A stretch of 64,000 nucleotides of DNA from Octopus sinensis (Eukaryota). Where the stretch lies: the NCBI RefSeq assembly GCF_006345805.1, contig NW_021833116.1, positions 62,001-126,000 on the forward strand, written 5' to 3'. Below are positions 47,732 to 59,007 of this stretch, one piece after another; position 1 is the stretch's first letter; every line of letters begins with the position of its first letter. The notes beneath the pieces are model-generated. The model saw nothing but the letters and a program-made list of their open reading frames with translations, had not been told where the DNA came from and did not search any database. A program made the position numbers and the translations under genes.

Positions 47732-49076
47732 GGTACTTTTGCAGTAGTCTACAGCCACTTTCTAGCAAGTTTCAAAATAATACTATTTTTTACAGTGATA
47801 ATATATGTGTTTTATAATTAATTACTATAAAATAAAATAATAATCCAACGTGTTATAAATTTAAATGAGACGTGAACTCAACCTGTTCAATTTACCAAAA
47901 GATACTTCCGAAGCCACAAAATTTCTGCAAACTAATGGAATAGTGCCCATCGTCAAGTTATGCAGCCGCGGCCACTCGGTGTCCCTCAGAATGTGCAATC
48001 CACCGGTATGGTATTGTCACAAAAGAGAGTGCAGAACTAGTTCTGGATTGAAAGCCGGTATAAAATACGTTGTAAAAATGTACAGGAACTTGGCTAGAGG
48101 GAGCCAGAGTACCTTTGGAGGATATCATAAGATTTATTTTCTTGTGGGCCAATGACATATCATCGGTCAAAGTGTGTTCAGACAATTTGGGGTGGGCTGG
48201 GCATACGACTGTGGATTGGTCGATGTACCTTCGTGATATTTGCATACAATCACTCACATCTCGTCGAAGAAGGAAAATAGGTTAGTGTATATTTAAATAG
48301 TATTAGGAGGTGAAGGAATGGTGGTCGAGATAGATGAGAGTTATTTTGTCGACTCTACTACGGGAGCACACACACAACACATTGAACGGTTTGAAATTAA
48401 TAATTAGTTAATAGAATGTGGGGGAGCGCGAAATGGCGCAATAAGAGACAGAGAGGGACTGTCCGCAGGCATATGAATAGCTACTTCTCAGAATTTATCT
48501 GGAGGCAAGAACACAAGAAACAGGAATTTGAGAAAATTGTCGAAGCTATATCAATATGCTGGCCACCTCAGACCAAAGTGAAGGATAAATGAGTTAAATT
48601 TTTTTTTTTTTTTTTTTTTTTTTATATGTAATTAACAATAGTTATTAACTAACTAAATTCCCGGCATCGTAAATGGAAACACAGTTTCCACGTACTATGG
48701 CCAAGGAAATCCTTCGAAAAGCCACTTGACTCGCGTGGGTCTCCCGTTTATGGGAGATCATGCGGCCAAGCTTTTTTAGAAAGGAAAGAGACTTTTCGCC
48801 GATGACGCCGGAAGTCTCGACGGCGATGGGAGTGAACAGATACCGTTCAGAGAGCTCCTTGTACTTTCCAATCTTCATCTTCTCGGTTTTGCGAGAGACT
48901 GAGCCAGGCTCGACAGCTGAAGAGTTAAATATTTAAAAAAAATTAGTAAATAATTCATTTTTTAAATAATTCATTTTTTATAGTAATTAATTATAAAACA
49001 CATATATTATCACTGGAAAAAATAGTATTTTTTTGAAACTCGCTAAAAAGTGGCTGTAGACTACTACAAAAGTACC
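47732..49076 (+). mobile_element. Merlin DNA transposon (second family), internally deleted, with nested CRE fragment
   Basis: TIR GGTACTTTTG(C/T)AGTAGTCTACAGCCACTTT; 8-bp TSD TCTGATTT (47724-31, 49077-84). MRRELNLFNLP...IGGEG.VVEIDES...DSTTGAHTQHIERMW. Introns at 48058-85, 48281-306 and 48389-414. Confidence 0.95.
48600..48921 (-). mobile_element. 5'-truncated CRE-like insertion
   Basis: T-run 48600-48623; FTPIAVETSG...[11 protein letters not shown]; TSD GAGTTAAAT at 48591-99 and 48922-30. Confidence 0.92.
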
Positions 49077-49129
49077 TCTGATTTTTATATTTATTAATTT
49101 ATTCACACATATTTTGGTCGGTGTGTACA

Positions 49130-50200
49130 AAACGTCAACCACATGCATTGATTACACCCCGTTCTCAGACCTTCCTTTATATTGCCTTAATAAAAGAAAG
49201 CAAATTAAATGAAAAACACAAAAAGCCAAAAATTCCAGATTATTCCACTATACTACTTGACAGACTTTCCCCCGATGGAGGCCTGATTACGTTCATCAGT
49301 AAAAATATCTCATATATTGAAACATCAAACGATTTCAAATATCAAGTCGGTGAAAAAACCGAGCTAAAATCACCCAAAATACAAAATAACATGAAATCCG
49401 ATCTCATTATAATCAACATCTACATTTTCCCAACCTCAATTACTATTCCATGCTCATACAATCCTTATTTTAAAACTTTCAACGACATGAATTGTCTCCT
49501 CTGAATGCACACAGCACATCCTGGTACAAATCAAACCTTAACAACTTTTGCGGCAACTTAATATGTGAACAATTCCACAATCTATTCATTATCAACAACC
49601 TCAAAAAATACACCCACCAACCATACCAATCAAAACACAACAACACTTCTCCGGATATCTCCTTCTGCTCTCCAAACCTAACATCAAATACCATATGGAA
49701 CACAATCAATCAAATATCATACACCAATCCTAATACAAACTCATGCCATAATCAACATTCCGAACAATAACACGTCTATAAAGACAAAAGAGCCAAATGG
49801 AGCCTCTATAAAAACGAAACCGAAAAACTTTTCTTGGAAATTACCGGGAACAAATTCCTGTCAAATATACATAAATCCAACAAGCTTTTCGCTGACATTA
49901 TCTCGAAAGCAGGGAAAAGACACATCCCCATGGGAAACATAAGGAAATAAAACCCGAACTACACCAAGGAAATAGCAGATTTAATGAAAACTTGTGACAA
50001 CCTCAAACACAATAAGTCTTAAAAAGGAATCACGGATATTGCCACCCGACTAAGGGAACTAAACAAGAAGATATCTAACAAACTCAAGGAAAGGAAACGA
50101 GAGTGTCACTCACACAAACCACGAGTACAGAAATACCCTCTTGACCACAATTCCAATCCATTCACCTAAAAAGAAGTAAAAAACGTAATTGCCAACCTCA
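49130..50200 (+). mobile_element. Degenerate LINE APE-endonuclease region
   Basis: ALIKESKL...GGLITFI...IINIY...LNAHSTSW...SPDISFCS. Confidence 0.75.
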
Positions 50201-50449
50201 AATTTTAAACAGAATATCTCATAAACTTCCAATTGGTAAAACGCAACATGGCTTTAGACAATATCATTCAGTCGGTGGGTATCTGCAGAGTATCCACCAA
50301 ACCTAAAAGAAGATCAAAAACAATAAGTTTGTAGTTCCCGGACAGTAACAAAAAAGTAAATTGACTCCTCAATGATTAGAACGAATAGGGAACAGTAAGA
50401 AACTTCCAAATCATGTCCAATTTATATCAAAGATGCAACACAGTTTTTG

Positions 50450-51090
50450 AAATTCTTGAATAAAGTCACATTTTTCAGCAAAATCTTCCCGTTCTTGGGT
50501 CATTTCGCAAATAATCCACCGATATCTCTTGTCAGTTATATAAAGTCAGTTTCTCGTCAGTTTTTTGTTAATAATGTCTATCATTTTCGCCTTAAGAGAA
50601 GCAATCTCTAATTTGTAAAACTAAAAATCACAATCCACAATCACAAACCTTAGTAAGGTGGCATTTTTCTATCTTGGGATTCTTTTCAGGCGTATTTTTA
50701 ATGTTTTGTGCTCCTCTGGCATACTCGAGTGAGTTTATTGTCTCTCCTAGGCAACTTCCAGCTGGGGAAATGTTGACTATCATTTCTGTTTCAGTGGTCC
50801 CTCCAAATGAATCTTCGAGGATTCTTGTCAGTTTGCTCTCTCGTTAAGGAATGTGGGGAGTTTTGGTAGTCAAAGCATAAATAACTCGTCCCAAGTCAAT
50901 AAACTTTGATTTATGGAGGCTGGGAGTTAAAAACACTACATTACCCGCCTCCGGAATTCTGTAATTGCTACTCCCTGTTCGGCTACTTCCTTCAGATCCT
51001 GCAAAATCCACCTGATAACAGTCAATGAATAAAGACATGCCAAATTTAGTTTCCCTACACTAATTGAGTCATCTCTATTTCCGCGAACTC
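50450..51090 (-). pseudogene. Kinesin-5 (KIF11/BimC-like) motor-domain C-terminal fragment
   Basis: GKLNL|VDFAGSE...EAG..NQSLLTLGRVIYAL..KTPHIP*RESKLTRILEDSFGG...NISPA...ET.NSLEYARGAQNIKN.P. In-frame stop at the conserved Tyr; introns retained; no N-terminal motor half upstream. Confidence 0.8.
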
Positions 51091-51609
51091 TAAATTACTT
51101 CTTGCCGCAAACTCTTGCCAACGAAATCAACATTTTAGTCAATTTTGGAACAAGACTCCAAACGTCGCCAAAACCATTTTGTATAATATTTGATCAATGT
51201 TCAACTCCATGCAAGATTATCCCTGGTCTAGACTGGATCACTTATACTGGATGTACATGCAAATACTGTGATACATTAAACACCTAATATAAACGTGAAT
51301 TACGTGGATATCGACGCATTTTCACGTATAGTCAGATTAAAACATTTTATGAGTAAAATTGATACTGATTGTATTTGAAAAAGCAGTGATTGTGGATTAA
51401 TGTGATGTAGATTAAGTCGATGGATGCACTTCAAAATTGTAAAAGACAAATAATCACAGAGTAAATATATAATGTGTTAGTTTAGTAAGAGTAGTCTGCA
51501 CCTCTGTCTGCCCCCATTAAGCACAGTTTAGTGCAAAGTGGAATGTTAATAATTAAATATTCGGATGACACTAATTGTCGTAAGTTATAGCGTCCGGGCC
51601 AGTTCTAAG

Positions 51610-54330
51610 TGTCCGGAGTGATAAATCGGATTTATCACTCCAAATCATTATGATTTTGAAAACTCTTCATTTTGCAGACGATTAATTATTCTCTTATTCC
51701 AAATCAGGAACACATAAAATTGTTATATGTCCTTTTGAACATGAAAGGATTCAATCTATTCTTTGTGATGAACATAATGAAGGACATCCTGGGTTCAATA
51801 AAATGTGTTATCTAATTTTTCAAAAATATATTGGAATTAAACAATGTATAATTCGTGATTTTGTATCAAAATGCATACCGTGCCAATCATTTAACTCTTT
51901 AAGTACTTGTGAAAATATCAGAATGATTTCTGTGAAAAAAAAATACGAAAGATTTATCGCCGACTGTATAGATCTAAGGCGGTATTCTGCAAATAATGAC
52001 AATTTTAAATGGATACTTACTGTCATCGATGCATACACAAAGTTTGCATGGTCATTCGCGTTAGAGAATAAAACATCACAAAGCATCTATAATGCAATTG
52101 AGAGTTTATTCCAGACTGTCGGTCCTCCAATTTATTTTCATTCGGACAATGGAAAGGAATTCCGCAACAAAGAAGTTCAAAACTTTTTGATGATTGGAAA
52201 ATAACCGATATATGGAAGACCAAGGCACCCACAATCTCAAGGACAATAGAAAGATATAACCAAACTCTCAAACGTTGGTTGGGGAAGACTTTGTTCGCAA
52301 CAGAATCTATAAGGTGGAGAGAAATTCTACAGAAGGTGGTGTATAAATACAACATAACTTGTCATCGCGCAACTGGAAAGTCACCATTTTGGTTAGCCTC
52401 TTTTTATTTACCCAGTCTATTTTACGGAATAACGGGTTTTAATATTTTGCCATGTGGAGGCGCAGAAGAAGAGATTAACTCAGAATCGGAAGAAACGGAA
52501 TTATCCTTAGAAGTAAAAACTCATAATGAAAAGTATAAAAGAAAAGTTACAGAAGACGCAAAAAAAATTTTCGAAAAAAAGATGTCACCGGTTTTATAGC
52601 CCACTGGGTTGGATAACCCACCTACTGCCATATTTTATAATAATAATATTTTTCATATATTTAATTTCATTGGAAAAAATGATTTTCTTAATTATTTTAA
52701 TAATTTATTGTTCTTTTATTTAAATATTTTAGCGTGAAAACTATAACTTTTTATTAATAAAGTTTAAAAACTGTGAAAATAACTAGGGTTGTTCAATAAA
52801 GTTTAATTAGAATATAGTTCTTTTGAAATTAACGACAAACCAACTTAATGAAATAAAAAATTTTGATGACACCACTACTATATACGATAAAGAGAAAAGG
52901 AGAAGGTTCAGGACGCTTAAAAATCGTTTTTGCTTCAAAGTTCCTGAAAAAGCGTATATAAAAGTCGGAAATAAAAAACTGCGTTTTTTTTACTCTAGAA
53001 GAAAGTGAGCTAAAGTTAAAAATTATTGAGGTATCTATTTCAAAACAATTGAAGATCGAGCATATGAATACTCATTTTGGTAGAGACAGAATGCTCTCGT
53101 TACTAAGAGACCAAATATATTCAGTAACAAGGGAAGAAATTTGTAGTGTGATAGCAAAATGTGTCTATTGCCAAGTAATGTTGTTAATCAGTGTTAGTCG
53201 AAAAATTTCATGGCAAAAAACCAACTATCAGCCCCATAATTGCAAGAGAACCTAGAGATCGGTATATTGCAGATTTAGTGGATCTAAGGAGATATTCAAA
53301 CCTTAACAGCAATTATGGATGGGTCTTTTTTTGAATAAGTCTTAGTTGGTTGTTGTAATCGACTCCTTTTCCAAATTTGCAGTGGTAAAACTTGCAAAAA
53401 CGAAATCAGCTGAAGAAATAACAAGAAAGTTAAAAAAAATTTTCTTCTCAATCCGACCCCGAAAGAGATTCGGAGAGAACAGAAGATTCAATAAATGCAT
53501 TGTTAATGTTCGACGGAACAAATCCAGAACTAAGTGATGAGTCAAATTCGAATTATTTTGAAAATGACGATAAAAGAACTGAGAAACAAGTGCATGAAAA
53601 CCTTGTTAAAGCTGGAGAGAAAATGAAAAAACGTCGTAAGTGGAAATATGACGCAGAAGACATTGAAATTGGAGATACAGTGCTGCTGAAACACGACAGG
53701 GATGATAACCCCGGTAACCGTAGATACCCATTATATGACGAACTGGATATAAGTACACAGTTTCAGAAAAATTTGAAACAACGTGTACTATTAATAAAGA
53801 TAATGGAAAAACAGTATCAAACATTTAAGTAGATTAAAAAAAATTTGATTAAAATTTTGATTTTTTTTTAAATTTTATTTATTTTAAAAATGTAAAGCAC
53901 AAATGAATGATGTGTTATTTATGCAACAGGCAGAAATATAAAAACTAATAAAAAAGAAGAAAATCAAAGTTAATTATATTTTCTGATGATTTTTAGATTA
54001 TATTTATATTTTTTTGGTAGTTTTTTCGATGGTGGGTTATCCAACCCGGTGGGCTATAAAACCGGTGACAAAAGATATCACAATTGGAGATAATGTTACA
54101 ATTAAAATTGATTTCGATAAAAATATAAAAACAAGAAAATATCCACTCACTAGTTTTTTTAGCAAGGAACAATTTCTAGTAGTGAAAGAAGTTTCTCTGC
54201 ATTCCGTTCTCGTTGAGAATTGCACATCTGGTGAAAGGAAGACAATTCCAAAGTCAATGATTAAAAAATTAACTTTTAAAAAATTACATTTTCATTTTAT
54301 ATTCAATCAATTTGTAATGTTTCTTTAAAA
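51610..54330 (+). mobile_element. Ginger-like (Gypsy-integrase-type) DNA transposon, outer copy; ends uncertain
   Basis: HHCC finger (HNEGHPG...CIPC) and rve core FIADCIDL...HSDNGKEF...PQSQG..ERYNQTLK. The ORF is split at 52582 and resumes at 54076 (EKK|DITIGDNV). Confidence 0.8.
52583..54070 (+). mobile_element. Ginger-like element, inner copy, internally deleted
   Basis: TIRs TGTCACCGGTTTTATAGCCCAC(T/C)GGGTTGGATAACCCACC; 5-bp TSD AAAGA (52578-82, 54071-75). HFGRDRM...CVYC...YIADLVDLRRY...VIDSFSKF, with micro-introns. Confidence 0.92.
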
Positions 54331-54759
54331 ATTGTTTCATAATATAAGTGAACTTTTGCTTTGTTTTATTCGACATAGGAGACGTTGCTTCTATACTGGA
54401 AGAAGGTCATCTCGTCTAAACCCTTTTCGTCACATAAATAAGGACCGGAAGAGTTTGCACAGAATCATATGTAGCGGTTGAATACAGACTCTGTTGAAAA
54501 CTGAATTTATATTATACGAGACTGTTTGGAACAATGTTTGTAAATTTTATTATGTATTTTTATGTTTAGTTTCGGTTTTCGATTTAGCTCTCGAAAATCC
54601 TTCGAAGTGAACTCATTCCTCTCAACACATCGTATTGACATTGCACTGTTCCAAGAGACGAGGCTCTCTCCATGTAAACATAACTAATTAACAATCGAAG
54701 CTATTTCTTTGTGAATTCGTGGTTAATGAAGATACATTACGTAATTCATTTAATTTTTA

Positions 54760-55000
54760 GAAGAGTCGATAGTGGAAATAGACAAGTGCAAATTTTTTCA
54801 CAGAAAGTACCATCATTGGCGACCAGGCCATTGGGTATTGGGTGGAATAGACAGGGAAACTAGAAAGTACTTTTTGAAAAAGTTGCAGGTTCTTTTTCCC
54901 ATTTATCCTTTAGATAGGACAGCGGAGAAACACTCAATGAAGTTATCGTTCGACGCGTACTTCCCAAAAACTCGTAAAAAGGCAATTACTAAAATTGGAG
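54760..55000 (+). mobile_element. Merlin transposase fragment
   Basis: VEIDKCKFFHRKYH...HWVLGGIDRETRK...DRTAE. Confidence 0.75.
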
Positions 55001-55565
55001 ATTACCGCACTTCTTTGCGGTGAAAGGAATCTATGGCCTTCAGTTTAGTATCCGAGCTCCCACATGTCAAAGAATTATAAAGTAGACAGGTTCACAAATG
55101 CGTTGTGGAGCCTTGATCTGAGTTGGCAATTTACCGGCCGGGCTTGGAGCCAAGTTTGCATATTCTGCTATCTTCGAGTAGAGCCCCATGTTTCTTGACA
55201 TTCCTCAAAGTTTCAACAAGTCATGTTCGTTTGTTTTATCTCAGTGAATTCAATTTTGGAAGTGTTGTACGCTCAATTCTTTCTCGATCAGGTCGGCTTC
55301 CCGTCCATGAAGCTTTCAGACCGAATTCTTTCTTTCATTAAATGATTAGGCGTTGTTAACATACATAAAGAATTAATGAAGAAATAATAAATTGACTGCG
55401 TGAAAAATACAAAACAATATCTCTTTGAGGAAACCTCCTTATTCTCTTTGATTGAGTCATCTCAGGACAACCAGGACCACGAATACAAATAAAACGACCG
55501 AAAACACACCTTCTGGTCAAAAACTTTAAAATGGGAAAGAGTATATAGAATTTTAAAAAACAGAT

Positions 55566-55805
55566 TAGAAACAGATTAGAGGAATAAAATCGGAAAATAT
55601 CACAAAAATGACGAAATTTCAGATAATTAAATCACTAAAAGAAATTTCATCACAAAATATTCCTTCTGAATCCAATTTAATACAAAAAAATAAAACTAAA
55701 CTAAATAACAAGAACACCACAACAAACTAATTCAGCGGCATCTATGCATGTGCCATAATTTATTAGGTTTGCCATCAAAAATTAAGATAATTAAACAATA
55801 ATTAA
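55566..55805 (-). repeat. Dispersed repeat of unknown class, copy C
   Basis: See 34886-35135. Confidence 0.85.
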
Positions 55806-57195
55806 TGAAAAATAGTTTATAATTATTATTGAAATAATTATCTGTATCTTTTATTTAGGTTTTTCTAATCGGTCCATAAAAAGTACATCTAATTAAATTT
55901 TGTAAATTTCTAGGTTCATTTTTTACTAAGGATAAGTAAAATCATCTCTGAAATATATTTGATCAAAAATACTTCTTATTTAAGACGCCATGTCAAAAGT
56001 GCTTTCCATTATCAATGTCTATGCTCCTCACAGTGATATTCTCCGTCGTCAATTCGATAAGGTTGCTTTATCTGAATCTTGATCATACGGAGGGTCTGGG
56101 GTCGGAGTGATCATAAAATGATTGTTGGACGTTAAAGAGACGCTATACGTTTCTTGAATCGGTGAAATTCCTACCTGGAACTACTTTTCCTCCGTGGCGA
56201 CTAGGCTCTCATGGAACTTTTTCCTGAAAGAAATCCATATAGCGGCTGGCAAACACATCAGAAAGCAGACAAATAAACCCAGTCTGGAAAGGTATGCCAT
56301 CCAGATGTGTATTCACATACCGTTAAGCAAAAAGATCGTAAACTCAAAATTAAAAATAAATATGACTGTAACAACAAATATGTATTGAAGAATGAACGTG
56401 CAAGAATACAAAGACGATTCAAGAAATTGAATTGTCAGCACGGAACTGAAGTCTTTTTTAGGAGAAATCGAAGAACTCGAGGGCGAGGCACACATGTTTC
56501 ATGCAACTACTTAAAATAAGAAAATACAGAAAACTCAAAATCATCAACGACATTTGAAAAATTATTCAACCCCTGACATGAACATTGAAGTTAAACTTAT
56601 TAATTCAGTGATTGACAATGCCTTTTAATTGGAACATTCCTATTCGACGATGTTTCAGAACCAACGATGGAAAAATTGTCGTTAAATTTTACGTTGAAAA
56701 GGAATTTATGGAGTCCTTTATCCACACTAAGACGCATCAAAAAGACTATTATGTATTTTAAGAAAACAGATGTGCTAACCTTAGTGCTATAAAAACTAAA
56801 CCGAAATTATTTTGGATATCTCAGATTTTTCTTGAAATAATTTTTGTGGGAATTAAGTTAGATTTGATCGACGTATCAATTTAACTATTTATGTTCATTT
56901 AATTTCGCTTTATTGATGGCGAAGTATAAATTTGCAACGGCTCAAATAATAGATTCGAAATATTTGTTTTCTTGATTTTATTTGTTCGTAAAATATGCTT
57001 TATAAACACGTTCAATCCTTCAGTCCATCCTCTAGAATAATATTTATGTAAAAATTGTCTCTAAAAACTACATCAGGCGTCGCAGAGATCTAACCCTTGG
57101 CTAATCAAAAAAATTGCCAAAACAGGAGGGTAATTCCTACAACACAATAAAAATCAGCAAACTCGCATTTACAGGGAAAATAAGTAAATATAAAA

Positions 57196-59007
57196 TCACA
57201 CTTTATCCAAATGTGCATAGACTACACGCAATTTACGACGCGGATTCCTCGACCGATTCTTCCACGGTTTGCCACACTCGTCGGAATATACCCGAGGAGG
57301 GTCACGTTGCATTGGATTGTGAGACATGTACCCATATCCAACCGACCCTTCATTCCTCCGAAAGAACACCTCGTCCAACTTATCCAACAACACGTCCTTC
57401 GTCACAGACTCCACACATTTGACGACATCCCGCACCTTCATCCCCTTCACCCTCTCCACCAGTCCAGAAATAGGCTGATACTCATCCACCGACACTCCAG
57501 GCGGGGGGTGGCAGTAAACCAGACATCCCTGAGATGATTGACCAAGCATACAGCCGAGTAGTCCTTGATCAGTCTGTGGGCAGCCTTCGCGTAGTTTGGC
57601 CGTCCTTTGCTCATCCAATTCCTCGCCTCTGCGGATTACTGCCAGTCCCCACCTGCCAGAGTCCCCAAAAAATCTTCCGTGAGTTTATACTGTGATGGTG
57701 GAGGACTATTCTCAGTGAATGTCACATTATAGAACTGCTTGAGCACGCAAATGGGAATTCGTTGGACAATCTGAATGATACACTCAAAATGTACCAGAAT
57801 GGCAGGAGACATGTAATCTATCATTTGAGAGAGGGGCAGTATTGAGGATAGGACTAGTTCAGACTGGTCAATCACAAAATTAGGCATGACAAGTCCTGGA
57901 CAGTCACACAACATCAATTTGTTATCCTCGTGAGTTATTAAATGAGTCTGCAAGTGCTTTGTCCGGCCTGGGGTGGCTGAGACTGCTGTCTTCTTGTTGT
58001 TCAGAAGAGCATTGATGGTCGAACTCTTTCCAACATTGGGATACCCAATCATCCCCACAGAACATGTCTCCTCACTCGACATTCCTCTCAACTTTCTTAG
58101 CAACTCATCCCGATTTAGAATTGGCCACTCCTCCACTTCCTCAGCCCCACAAAGAGCAGACCAAAAGAACACATTCACCCCGATCGAGTCAAAATATTTG
58201 TTCCAGAACATTCTAGAACATTCCAGAATATTCTACCTCTGGTTGGCAGTGAGAAGGTCAGATTTATTTATAAGGAGAAGTACCTGCTTCTTACCATCAA
58301 CTTCCTTAACATATTTCTCCAAGTCCTCACATCGAAAGAGGAGAGGATTTCGGGCATCCACCAACTGAACCACCACGTGACTGTCCAAATAAGTGAATGA
58401 CGTCACCATTTCTCCACAACCCGCCACAATTGTCTCCATAAATCGATATTTCGTTCATAAGGAGTGACTCGTAGTTGGTGGGAGGATTGCATTCTACAGT
58501 CAGCAGACAGTCTACAGAGAGAGGTTGCGTCTCCAGTCGAGGAAGTAGTCCTTTTCTACTCGATCGAGGACCTGCTTAGTCCAATCCTTGCTCCACGGAG
58601 GTCTCCAATACTGAGGACACACAACCTTCGAGGGATTCGAAGATATTCCTTCAAATTCTCGTGATTTTCACACATTTCCTGTCGCTGGGCATCACTCAGT
58701 CCATTTTCGGTGGGGACCACAATTTTATACTCAGGACGGTCTAGAACATTCTGAGTGATGGAAACTTGCTGTGAAATCCCTGTCGGCCATTTGTGCGAGG
58801 GAAATGAACTCTTCGAGGGTACTTTGATGTGTGACTGAGATCAAAGGCGGCCGTTCTTTGATGTGTGGGGCTGCATTTTCGTTTAGTGCCACCTGGAAGT
58901 AAATATTTTTGTAGTACAAAGTTGTTAGTGTTGTGTCTTCGCTTATTTTCTGCTCGTTTATTACCGATTAGACTCTCTCCTAGGTTGGCTGTTCGGGGTC
59001 TTGGCAT
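57196..59007 (-). CDS. LSG1: Large subunit GTPase 1 (circularly permuted GTPase), multi-exon
   Basis: QSTLEEFISLAQMADRDF; VVVQLVDARNPLLFRCEDLEKYVKEVD..K...LINKSDLL; GMIGYPNVGKSSTINAL...VSATPGRTKHLQT; LCDCPGLVMP; C-terminal RRKLRVVYAHLDKV. Confidence 0.95.
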
